The notes beneath the pieces are model-generated. The model had not been told where the DNA came from. It made no database searches and was given only the letters and a program-made list of their open reading frames with translations. Of a DNA stretch of 54,833 bases, positions 12,510 through 25,346 are shown one piece after another. The number at the start of each line of letters is the position of its first letter. The stretch's first letter is position 1. This DNA is from Octopus sinensis (taxonomy: Eukaryota), in contig NW_021835212.1 of the NCBI RefSeq assembly GCF_006345805.1, positions 1 through 54,833 of the forward strand. The letters are read 5' to 3'. The position numbers were made by a program, and so were the translations under genes.

Positions 12510-12812
12510 CAACACTAGCGCCGCTGAGGGTAATATTCTCTGGGAACGCATATGTATGCGCGGGGACATAGAAATTATCGGATTGAATACCCGATCGTGC
12601 GGTTAAACCACTGGGAGTGAAGGACTCCTAACCTTTGTCAGGGCATCCTACTAGGAGAAGGCAACTCAGGTAACTGGGATAACTCCGACATAAAACCTGC
12701 GGCCCAGTCGTTACCGATGATGTTGACTTGTTCTTCTTTTCGGATTATGGCTGCTGTTGCTTAGTGAGTGGGATTGACTCAGTGCACAGCCTTTCCTCAC
12801 TTAAAAAAATTA
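12510..12812 (+). other. GC-elevated island, unclassified repeat resembling an RTE-type 5' UTR
   Basis: AGGGCATCCTACTAGGAGAAGGCAACTC motif, several short hairpins, ends in TTAAAAAAA. Assignment is from recall only. Confidence 0.3.
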
Positions 12813-13043
12813 CTTCTTGCACAGGCATTGCACAATAACAACATTGATTAAGCTTCGTGCAATGGCCATACTCGATAATGAGGGGGCAGCCACCATTTAT
12901 GTATGTATGTATGTATGTATGTATGTATGTATGTATGTATGTATGTATGTATGTATGTGTGTATGTACGCTTAACGTTTTATGTATTTGTATACGTTTGT
13001 TTATTCAATATGATGGATGTAAATATGCATTTTCCGTTCTTAG

Positions 13044-13088
13044 TGTTATTCTAGCTTTCTTGTATATGGTCATAAGACTGCACTACTG
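13044..13088 (+). CDS. Candidate internal exon (CYSSFLVYGHKTALL)
   Basis: TTTTCCGTTCTTAG acceptor and GTGCGT donor; 45 nt, phase 0 to 0. It is a non-repetitive island between microsatellites. Confidence 0.3.
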
Positions 13089-13099
13089 GTGCGTATGTG

Positions 13100-13915
13100 T
13101 TCCAATTTCTTGTTTTTGTATGCGTGTATGGAAACGATCCTATGTGTCCATGTGTTTCTGTGTTTGAATGATTGTGTATGCGTGCGTCGGTGTGAGAGCG
13201 TGTGTACGTTTCAGTGTATATGCGTGTATGCCTGTGTGTCCGTGTATGTGTGTGCCTGTATGTGCTTGTGTGTGCTCGTGTATGTGTATGCGTGCCCCTG
13301 TATGTGCTTGTGTGTGTGTGTGGATTATGTGAGCTTGTGTCTAGGTTTCAGTGTGCATGCGTGTATGTCTGTGTGTGCGTGTATGTGTATGTGTGTGCCT
13401 GTATGTGCTTGTGTGTGCTTGCGTATGTGTATGTGTGTGCCTGTATGTGCTTGTGTGTGCTTGTGTGTGTGTGTGTGTGTGGATTGGTGTGAGCGTGTGT
13501 CTAGGTTTCAGTGTGTATGCGTGTATGTCTGTGTGTACGTGTATGTGTATGTCATTTATATGTGTATGTATGTGTGTGAGTGTGTGCCATTTATGTGTGC
13601 TATTTATATGTGTTTGTGGGTGCCATTTATGTGTGTGTGCGTGTCATTTATATGTGTATGTATGTATGTGCCATCTATGAGTGTGAGTATGTACCATTTA
13701 CATGCGTGACATTTATATGTGTGCCATTTATGTGTGTGTGCGTGTCATTTATATGTGTATGTATGTATGTGCCATCTATGAGTGTGAGTATGTACCATTT
13801 ACATGCGTGACATTTATATGTGTGCCATTTATGTGTGTATACGTGCTATTTATATGTGTGCGTATGTGTGTGCCATTTATGTGCGTATGTGTGTGCCATT
13901 TATATGTGTGTGTAT
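13100..13915. repeat. Complex (GT)-rich tandem repeat with higher-order units
   Basis: CTAGGTTTCAGTGTG recurs 160 bp apart (13341, 13501), and an approximately 102-bp unit containing GCCATCTATGAGTGTGAG occurs twice (about 13670, 13771). Confidence 0.9.
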
Positions 13916-14094
13916 TACTTATCTGTCTGTCCCCGTTCATTTTCCCGTCCATAACTCTGTTGTTGTTCTTCCCCGCAAGAGAAATTATATTAATCATAAA
14001 ACAAAGAAACTAATTCACTTTGAAAACATTAAGCATTGCAGGGCTTCTTTGTTGATGTTACCTTGTCACTGAATAGGCAAAGTGACGTCATCAA

Positions 14095-14660
14095 TATGGC
14101 GGCGGTCGCAATGGTGGTAGTCGTAGAGGGTGGTCATGTTGCTAGTAGCGTAGTAGCAGTAGTAGAGGTGGTGGTAGTAGCACTGGTGTTAGTTGGTTAT
14201 TGCAGCGGTAATAAAAGTAGTTTTAGTGGTGTTGGTAGTAGTAGTAGTAATAATAGTGCAGGTGGTGGTAGTATTGATGTTGTGCTAGCAACAGTTATAG
14301 TAGTGGTAGAGATGTTGGTTGTAGTAGTGGGGATACTGGCAGTAACAGGAGTGGTTGTGGTGGAAGTAGTAGGGTGCTAGTGATAGCAACAGTAGTAGTA
14401 GTAGTAGTGGCGTTAACAGTGTCAGTAGTAGTAGTATCAATAATAATAGTAGTGGTAGTAGTTGTAGTATTAGCAGTGGTCAGTGCTAGTAGTGGCGGTT
14501 ATAGTTGTAGTGGTTCCTGGTTGTGGTAGTAGTTGCAGTGATAGTAGTCGATGGTTATGATTTTTATTGTTGTTGCTCCTGCTGTAGTTTCATTTGCTTT
14601 TGTTACTTTTGTTGTTGCTGTGGTTACTATTATTGTTGTTTGTTTTGTCTTTGTATATTT
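14095..14660. repeat. Low-complexity GTA/GTG/GTT trinucleotide tract
   Basis: Directly visible. Confidence 0.9.
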
Positions 14661-14674
14661 TTTTTATCTTGTAT

Positions 14675-15060
14675 ATTTTACTTGTTTCAATCATTGGGCT
14701 GCTGCCATGCTGGGGCAACACCTTAAAGAATTAAGTCGAACAAAATCGACTCCAGTAGATATTAAAAAAACAAAAAAAACTGTGGTACTTATTCTATCAG
14801 GGTTCTTTTTGCCGAACTGCTAAGTCACAGGGATGTAAAGAAACCCAACACCGGTTGTAAAGCAGCGCAGGCGAGACAAGCACAAACATACACATACATA
14901 CATAATACATACATACACGCACACACACACGCACACACACGCACACACACGCACACACACACACACGCACATACACGCACATACACGCACATACACACAT
15001 ACGCGCACATTCACACGCACACAGATATATAAGATGGGCTTCCGCACAGTTTCCATTTAC
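14675..15060 (-). mobile_element. SINE family A, 5'-truncated, diverged
   Basis: CTTGTTTCAATCATTG..GCCATGCTGGGGCA, TTTTGCCGAACTGCTAAG, an expanded internal (CA)n and GATGGGCTTC match the reverse complement of family A. Confidence 0.8.
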
Positions 15061-15241
15061 TATGGCAGTAGCTGCTGTTATTGTGGATGTGCTGGGCAGT
15101 GACCGATCTGGGATTATGCAATCAACTGTATGCTTCTCTGGCATCTATTTATACATTTTCCCATGCTGAACGGTGAATGGTCTCGCTTGTTAACCTTTTA
15201 CACATTCGTCCATTTTGTTATTCACATTGTTTAAAGTCGAG

Positions 15242-15273
<32 letters not shown>

Positions 15274-15610
15274 CACACACGCGCATATGCAGTGATAGAG
15301 TATTGGGCCATGAACCTAGCGGCCGCGGCCAGCTGCTTGTTTATATGTTAACACGAGTATTGACTCATGTTCATGAATCAAGAAACCTACTTAACTCTCA
15401 ATGACCATATTTGTTTAGTTACGAAACAAGGACATACGCCGCAGTATATTTATATAAACATTAGTTAAAAGAAAACGTAGGCAGCTCTTACAAGGTCATT
15501 CAACCTGCAAGAAATAACGGTAGGCTCTCCCATACTTCACACACTACTGTTTTAATAAAGAAGAAAGGAGAGATTGGATAATTTTCTACTCATCATTATT
15601 TAATAGTGTA

Positions 15611-15807
15611 AAAGCGGCGTGCTAGCAGAATCTTAGCACGCAAAATGCTTGGCGGCATTTCGCCCGTTCATTCTAAATTCCACAGAGGTCAGCTTTGCCT
15701 TTTATTCTCTCGAAATCGATTAAATAAGTACCTGCTGATAACTAGAGGTCGGTAAAATCGATTTAACCCCTCCTCGAGATCTCTGGCCTTGTGGCAAAAT
15801 TTGAGAC
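15611..15807 (+). mobile_element. SINE family B with 17-bp TSD
   Basis: CATTATTTAATAGTGTA at 15594-15610 and 15808-15824 flanks a family B body. Confidence 0.88.
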
Positions 15808-16094
15808 CATTATTTAATAGTGTAGTGATCGCCGTTGTTATGAAAATATGATTTAATTACAATTCGAAATTTAGCCAAATTTAATCACGAAACAAAAACG
15901 TACGAAAAATACAGAACAATAAGACGCTTTAAAAAGAGGTCTTAGATTGTATTCGGAACTAAAACACGAAAAAATTAAATTTGAGACTTAAAATGAACAT
16001 TGAAGTTGAAAGCAATGAGAAAAAAAAAACGTATCTTTATTCGCTCTATATTAACTTCGTGCTTTTCTTTCGGAAGTAAGGAAAGAGTAGCCTG

Positions 16095-16127
<33 letters not shown>

Positions 16128-16356
16128 TATTATATATATAATACCTCCTTGAATGGGGCTTTTACATGCCGAACTCTACTTGGTGAAATTAATGATTATT
16201 TATAATTAATAATTTCACCCTTTATTATTGATATATATATATATATAATATATATTATATATAATTTAAAATTTAATATGTAGAAATTGATATTACTCAT
16301 TAAAACCAGTGGCCTAGCATATTAAAAAAGATCCGAAGATTAAAATATTTTACATA

Positions 16357-16538
16357 CAAAATTCAAAGGACTGACCACTAAAAGTGGACGGTCACTTTCA
16401 TTTGTCTTGCTCAGTTTTAACACTTTGGTTTGTGCTGAGTTTTTATTTGAGAACACATTCTTCGTGGAAATTGCGATTTTGACGTCTATATCTAGCATGT
16501 TAACCGTCCACTTTTACTGGTCAGTCCTTTAAATTTTG
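16357..16538. mobile_element. 182-bp MITE, TA TSD (Tc1/mariner type)
   Basis: 36-bp TIRs CAAAATT(C/T)AAAGGACTGACCA(C/G)TAAAAGTGGACGGT with 2 mismatches; TA on both sides. Confidence 0.88.
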
Positions 16539-16550
16539 TATATATATATA

Positions 16551-16623
<73 letters not shown>

Positions 16624-17447
16624 TATGTATATAATTCAACGAGGTTGTACCCTTTGTTGGTATATATTGTGTAGCCATGTATGTCAGTCTTTAAAAGTAA
16701 ACGTGATAAACTGACAAAAGACTACAAAATTTAAACGACTGGATTTTCTCTTAATTTAAATTAAATGTACCTGGTATTTTATAGTACTTTCCAGAAACAA
16801 CCAAACCAATTTTATATTTTAAAGTATTTAATCTCCCACGTTCTTCAGTGGAGACGAACTACGTCAGCACTTCATTGCAAGTTTCTGCTATGTCCGCTAT
16901 CACGGATCATACCACAACTTCTCTCTTCATCCATCAGTGGACGAATCATAATACAAAGACTGTGCTTCGAAGAAGAATCGCCCCACGACTAAGCTGTTAT
17001 TTTTACGTTCTAAACGTTTTTTTTTTATGACTGAACTGCCATCTTGTAATGACCAAACGGTCAGTTTTTTTTTACGACTCGATGCTGCCTTTCTACGAGT
17101 TCTAAACGGTCTATTTCTGTTAACTTTTCTCTATGGCTTGTTTTATATGATGTAGACCACATTCCAGGATATTTACGAACGAAAGCGGTCTGCCTACGAC
17201 TTGGTGTATAAATCTGAGGCCGCTTACGCAAGAAATTATAAATGATAGGACATTTTCGTACGGTATTCCAAATGAAACTGATAATAGAATCAGTGCAATT
17301 TCGGCAGTGTGTGTGTTTGTTGTTGTTTTAGTGGTCAGGGCCCTGCGTAGTGTTTTTGATGTGATCTGTCATTGATTATATAACAAATTGTAAATCTCTG
17401 GCATGTCCCTTGTACATTTTCCATATTAAGCGGCGTTGTGTCACACG

Positions 17448-17529
<82 letters not shown>

Positions 17530-17554
17530 ACATACACACACAGACGCACACATA

Positions 17555-17665
17555 TTAAGGTGGTGAGCTGACAAAATCGTTAGGACGCCTGGCAAAATTT
17601 TCAGTGACATTTTGTGTCTTTACGTTCAGGGTTCAAATTCCACCGAGGTCGACTTTGTCTTTCAT
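17555..17665 (+). mobile_element. SINE family B, 3'-truncated
   Basis: AAGGTGGTGAGCTGAC head, GGGTTCAAATTCCACCGAGGTCGACTTTG. Confidence 0.8.
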
Positions 17666-17802
17666 TCGTTCGTTGCCCCATGGTATGTATGTATTTGTTT
17701 GTGTTCTTCCTGTGTACATATATAGGTAAATGTATGTATCTATTTATGGATAGATGTATGTATATGTACATACTCATATCGATAAAAGTACGTATATGAA
17801 TA

Positions 17803-19084
17803 TTGGGTTGTTCGGAAAGTTCGTGCCGATTTTTAAAGGAAAGAAAAAGGTCAATAAATACTTGCCATTACATTTTTAATCAACCAAATATGAGCCATTT
17901 TGTTGTACATTGCGTCTCCATCTTTCCTTTAACTTGAAAATAACCTCTTCCCAGAATTGAGGCGGTTTAATGGCAAAGAATTCATCAAGGTATCTTTTTA
18001 CGTCATCCAAGGAATTGAAGTTTTTACCATTAAGAATATTCTGCAGAGACCTGAATAAGTGGAAATCCGAAGGAGCAATATCTGGTGAATATGGAGGGTG
18101 GGGTAAAACATCCCAGCGGAGCTGCAGCAATTTTCGTTTGGTTCTCAAAGAAACGTGCGGTCTTGCATTATCATGTTGGAAAACAACACCCTTCCTGTTG
18201 GCCAATTTTTGACGTTTCTCTTGAATTGCTGCTTTTAACTCGTCCAGTTGTGTACAGTATTTCTCAATTAATTGTCTGGTTACTTGGGAGAAGCTCATAG
18301 TACAGAATCCATTTCCAGTCCCACCAGACACAAGCAAGACTTTTTAAGGGTGAAGACTCGCTTTTGGGGTGGCTAAGGGTGGCTCATATCGCCTACTCCA
18401 GGATCGCTTTCTCTGAACATTTCCGTAGATAATCCATTTCTCATCACCTGTCACAATTTGCTTTAAAAAATGCGCGTTTTCATTCCGTTTATAAAGCGAA
18501 TCACAGATGAAAATGCAATCCAAAATATTCTTCTCACTCAACTCATGTGGTACCTAAACATCGTAACGATTTGTGTACCCAAGCTTTGCCAGGTGCTCAT
18601 GAACAACGGATTTTTGATAGGTTGAGGCTTTCTGCCAAGTATCGGGTGGTGCAATGTGGGTTATTCTCAATTAATGACTTGATTTGGTCATCATCTGTTG
18701 TGGATGGTTTGCCTGATCGCTCTTTATCAATAAGGCTACAATCTCCAGCTCAGAACCTTGCGAACCACTTCGGTACAGTTCTTTCGGATAAAGAAGCATC
18801 ACCGTAAAGTGTTTATATTTCTTTGGTTGCTTGTGAGGCATTTTTCCCTTTACGGAAAAAGAAAAGCATCAAGTGCCGAAAATTAACTTTCTTATCTTCT
18901 TTTTTAAAGGGTTACAAAATTAACACAGGTTATAGGAACATAAACCTTCTTCCACGAAAAGATAGCTTAAACTGTGCTCTAAATGGAGGTGTAGTCAAAT
19001 CCTATTTTATGAACTCAACCATGTTCTAAAATAAGTCGAAAGGTAAGCTATTATAAATCGGCACGAACTTTCCGGACAACCCAA
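17803..19084 (-). mobile_element. Full-length mariner transposon (1282 bp, DD34D; mellifera/cecropia-like)
   Basis: 30-bp TIRs TTGGGTTGT(T/C)CGGAAAGTTCGTGCCGATTT with 1 mismatch; TA TSD at 17801-2 and 19085-6; internal transposase motifs. Confidence 0.97.
17876..18903 (-). pseudogene. Disrupted mariner transposase
   Basis: EDKKVNFRHLMLF..KGKNASQAT, WFARF, VPHELSEKN, IVTGDEKW, FQHDNARPH, HPPYSPDIAPSDFHLF (34 residues between D2 and D3). It has in-frame stops, a frameshift near 18340 and no ATG. Confidence 0.93.
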
Positions 19085-19129
19085 TATATACATACATTTA
19101 TCTATATGTATATGTATATATACATAGAT

Positions 19130-19562
19130 TTACCGCTCTATTTCTGCCACTTTTCTCTAAACGTTGGGGGTTTCCATTCTCCACAGCAAGCTCACTGCAC
19201 TCAGGCAAGTTTTGTCTCGTGAAAGTTTCAATAAAGGGTGGATGAATATAGCAAAGATAGTGCGTGCAAGTGACGAAACCACTTTGAGCATGATCCTGTA
19301 AATCGAGAAAATTGAGGGAGAGAGAGCACTTTGCTCTCATGTGCTTATTCCCTCCCTGCCTGAGATTACGGTACTCTTTTCCGTAGGCTTTTCTTTCCAT
19401 GGACAAACATAATCTTGCTTTTTACACTTTAAAAGTTTTTCTGTGATACACGATCCTTTTGATCGGAATTTTTATTTTTCTCCTATTTTTCTATTTTCGA
19501 AAAGGAAAGCTCTACATTGCATTTTGTCCCCTCTGTGTTCGGACCTGTGTGGCTAATAAAAC
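19130..19562 (+). mobile_element. Probable 3' end of a non-LTR retrotransposon (possibly Tx1/L1-like) with AATAAA and (TCTA)n tail
   Basis: Ends TGTCCCCTCTGTGTTCGGACCTGTGTGGCTAATAAAA followed by a microsatellite. The same tail occurs at about 20270-20320 and 23820-23838. A weak C.QSDET-like zinc-finger remnant lies near 19260-19290. Confidence 0.4.
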
Positions 19563-19599
<37 letters not shown>

Positions 19600-19610
19600 A
19601 TCTATCTATC

Positions 19611-19666
<56 letters not shown>

Positions 19667-19878
19667 GTATATATATATATATATATATATCTATATATAT
19701 ATATATATATATATATCTATATATATATATATATATATGCTGTATTTGTTTTCCGTGAAAGTTTGGCGCGCTGTTGTTGGGGCATTTGAATTATAACGTC
19801 GGATGTAATCAATTGAACCACACGCGTATTTATCGTTATGGTAAAATCTGGGCGTGTGATTGAGTGGATTTCATCCAG

Positions 19879-19914
19879 ATAGTCTTGGCTGACGAGCTAC
19901 AAATGGATTTTTTT
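19879..19914 (+). CDS. Candidate internal exon (IVLADELQMDFF)
   Basis: TTTCATCCAG acceptor and GTAAGT donor; 36 nt, phase 0 to 0; in frame with 13044-13088. Confidence 0.3.
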
Positions 19915-20164
19915 GTAAGTAATATACATTTAATTCATTAATAGCGAACAATTGTCCCAAAATAATCTGTATTTTTGTTATTTTTTACTTGCCCTGTCCT
20001 TGTGAGCTAACAGTCGTACTGGCTTTCATGGGAAACATGTATTTTCGTGGTAAACCTTTTGATTAACTGGTGCTAGAGTGAGCAATATAGTGACCACTCT
20101 CTTATATTTATTATATATATATATATAATATTATATATATATATATTATATATATATATATATA

Positions 20165-20323
20165 TAAATGCAGAAGTTATGGGGTTTACATATTACTTTA
20201 TTCGTACGCCTTTGACTTACACCTGTTTCTGATATAATGCACATCTGAAACAGGTGTAAGGCTAAAATGTATTGTATTTTGTCCACTCTGTTTTCGGCCC
20301 TGTGTGGCTAATAAAGCAACTTA

Positions 20324-20375
<52 letters not shown>

Positions 20376-20485
20376 CATATAAGAAAATGCATAAGTTATA
20401 GGGTTTACATATTACTTTGTACGCCTTTGACTTACACCTCTTTCTGATATAATGCACATCTGAAACAGGTGTAAGGCTAAAATGC
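20165..20485 (+). repeat. About 100-bp direct repeat pair flanking a retroelement tail and microsatellite
   Basis: AAATGCA.AAGTTAT.GGGTTTACATATTACTTT...CTTACACCT.TTTCTGATATAATGCACATCTGAAACAGGTGTAAGGCTAAAATG occurs at about 20165-20270 and 20385-20484. Confidence 0.9.
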
Positions 20486-20933
20486 ACAAAATAAAGAAAT
20501 ATGAAAATCCCGTTATTTATGCATTTTATGGTATTATTATTCTACGAAAAAAAACAACATATTAACTGAGGAATCCATCTATGGATTTACAAAGCCAATT
20601 GGTGATGGGCTTCAACTTCAGATCTTGTCTTAGGATTATCTGGAATTCTTTACTAATCTGAAAACGTTTTGTTATTCTGGTGTATTTCCAGTAACAGAGA
20701 GCTTGAGAAATATTATGCCCAGATTGATAATCTCTTCTTAATAACTCTCTCTATCTCTCTCTCACACGCACACACACATAATACACACACACACATATTT
20801 ACATATGTATGTGTGTGTATGTATATGCATACTCATTCTCACGCATAGATATGTATCTATATGCAGCTAGCATGATTGTACATTCTGTATGCTGTGGTGT
20901 GTATTCATTGTGCATATGACTGCAGACATTATA

Positions 20934-20975
<42 letters not shown>

Positions 20976-21031
20976 CGGAGATGTACTCGCATAGCAAGTA
21001 ATTTGATCTGAGATCGTGTGCTGAAGCGAAA

Positions 21032-21311
21032 ACAATTGCAGCGTGGAAGGTGTTTATAAGCCATTTAAGAAACATACAAAAGCCGTTCGATTCACTTCAA
21101 CATTTAAGTTTAATTTGTCAAAATATTTTCGTCGCTAAAATCCGCGACCTGTTCACTGACAAAGAGATGCAGCACGGACTTTGTCAGTGAACAGGTCGCG
21201 AATTTTAGCGACGAAAGTATTTTGACAAATTAAACTTAAATGTTGAAGTGAATCGAACGGCTTTTGTGTGTTTCTTAAATGGCTTATAAACACCTTCCAC
21301 GCTGCAATTGT
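21032..21311. repeat. 280-bp near-perfect palindrome (133-bp arms, 14-nt spacer), probable hairpin MITE
   Basis: Arms 21032-21164 and 21179-21311 are reverse complements with 3 transition mismatches. The right end abuts (TA)n. Confidence 0.95.
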
Positions 21312-21639
21312 ATATATATATATATATATATGTGCAATGAATACGGCAGCATTGTCCATTGATGGCGTTGTTAGTTTTACATCCACGCTTCGCACACATC
21401 TCCACCTCTTCTCAAGGACAACTACGCCATTACCTTTCTTCACTACTCGTTATTAACAAGTATGGCTGTACAACTCTCCATAACTCCTTGCTGTCATTCA
21501 TTGTTTACAATTTTCAACCGGTGCCTATTAATTTGAATGCTCGGAAACGTCTTAGCAATTTCCTTACTCGACTTCTTTCTTTCCACCTTGTTTCTGTATA
21601 CCCATGAAAACATACACAAGCATACTTATGTTATACACA

Positions 21640-23230
<1,591 letters not shown>

Positions 23231-23771
23231 TTCACAAAACCGTCCATCTTCATACGACAAAACGTTCGCCATTAAAACTTGAAAAACAATGAACCGACGA
23301 AGGCAAACAAAATATGTGTGCGGAATGTGTGTGTGTTTGTGTGTGTATGTGTTTGTGTGTGTGTGTGTGTGCTCCCGCACGTGTGCGTGTGTGTGTTTAT
23401 ATAATAATGTGTACATACATGCATATATATATATGTATAGGTGTGTTCCTATGTATTACATATATGTACATATCTATATATGGATATACATGTATGTGCG
23501 TGTGTGTATACGTTTGTATTGACGCTGCTAGTGTCACACATACACTTATGCAGCTGTTCGTGTGTCTGTATACATTTGCATATGTATATATATAGATATG
23601 TATGTACGTGTGTATGTATGTATGTATGTATATATATATATATGTAAGTATCTATCTATCTATCTCTCTATCTATGTAACTGCCTATCTCTGCATGTCTG
23701 TCTATCTGCCTATCTCTCCCTCTCTCCGCTCTCTCTATCTTTATATCTATCTAACTATCTGTCTATCTGTC

Positions 23772-23813
<42 letters not shown>

Positions 23814-24158
23814 CTATTATCTGTGGCCAATAAAGACAAATATATATCTATCTAACTGCCTATCTCTGCATGTGCACCTATGATATAATGTAATATAATG
23901 TAACACACACCACACACACACACACACACATACACACACACAGACACACACACAAACACACAGCACACACATACAATTTCATTTCTTCATGTTTGTCGTT
24001 GTTGTGCGTGTTGTGGTGGTGATGGCAGAAGTAGTGGTGAAGGACGAAAATCACACTTGTGCCTAATTATTCGCCATCACATCGTTGTCATCGTCTTAGT
24101 CATGGTGATGGTAGTGATGGAGGCCACAGCTGCCGTTGTGAAAGTGTTGGTTACATAT

Positions 24159-24586
24159 ACTCTTTTACTCTTTACTACTCTTTTACTCTTTTACTCTTTT
24201 ACTTGTTTCAGTCATTGACTGCGGCCATGCTGAGCACCGCTTTAGTCGAGCAATCGACCCCAGGACTTATTCTTTGTAAGCCAGTACTTATTCTATCGGG
24301 ATCTTTTGCCGAACCGCTAAGTGACGGGGACGTAAACACACCAGCATCGGTTGTCAAGCAATGCTAGGGGGACAAACACAGACACACAAACATATACACA
24401 CACATATATATATACATATATACGACAGGCTTCTTTCAGTTTCCGTCTACCTGATCCTCTCACAAGGCATTGGTCGGTCCGGGGCTATAGCAGAAGACAC
24501 TTGCCCAAGGTGCCACGCAGTGGGACTGAACCTGGAACCATGTGGTTGGTTAGCAAGCTACTTACCACACAGCCACTCCTGCGCCT
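24159..24586 (-). mobile_element. SINE family A, full length
   Basis: Reverse complement of the 10417 copy from AGGCGCAGG to the (AGAGTAAA)n tail. Confidence 0.93.
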
Positions 24587-24746
24587 ATATATTGTCACAA
24601 ATATTGTTGTTATTGTTGTTGTTAGTATGATCCTTATTGTTATTTCCTACAACGATGTTGTTAATCATCATTCTCGTTGTCCTTGCGATCTTTGAAGGTG
24701 ATGTAGATGTTATTCTCGTTGGTATTGCTTATGTTGTTGCTAGCAG

Positions 24747-25346
24747 AAGGCGGCGAGCTGGCAGAAACGTTAGCACGCCGGGCGAAATGCTTAGCGGTAT
24801 TTCGTCTGCGTTACGTTGTGAGTTCAAATTCCGCCGAGGTCGACTTTGCCTTTCATCCTTTCGGGGTCGATAAATTAAGTACCAGTTAAGCACCGGGGTC
24901 GATATAATCGACTTAATACCTATGTCTGTCCTTGTTTGTCCCCTCTGTGTTTAGCCCCTTGTGGGTAATAAAGAAATAGGTATTTCGGCTGCCGTTACGT
25001 TTTGAGTTCAAATTCCGCCGAGGTCGACTTTGCCTTTCATCCTTTCGGGGTCGATTAAATAAGTACCAGTTACGCACTGGGGTCGATGTAATCGACTTAA
25101 TACCTATGTCTGTCCTTGTTTGTCCCCTCTGTGTTTAGCCCCTTGTGGGTAATAAAGAAATAGGTATTTCGGCTGCCGTTACGTTGTGAGTTCAAATTCC
25201 GCCGAGGTCGACTTTGCCTTTCATCCTTTCGGGGTCGATAAATTAAGTACCAGTTAAGCACTGGGGTCGATATAATCGACTTAATACCTATGTCTGTCCA
25301 TGTTTGTCTCCTCTATGTTTAGCCCCTTGTGGGTAATAAAGAAATA
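24747..25346 (+). mobile_element. SINE family B with two additional tandem copies of its 3' 184 bp, flanked by a 22-bp TSD
   Basis: Units restart at GGTATTTCG at 24796, 24979 and 25163. TSD GGTATTGCTTATGTTGTTGCTA at 24721-24742 and 25347-25368. Confidence 0.95.

Noticed and set aside
17876-18337. 153-aa ORF read as an intact SETMAR-like or transposase gene
   Set aside because: It is only the C-terminal part of a frameshifted, stop-containing transposase inside TIRs.
24796-25346. Tandem 184-bp units as a CRISPR-like or satellite array
   Set aside because: The units are whole SINE 3' segments with no unique spacers, in eukaryotic context.
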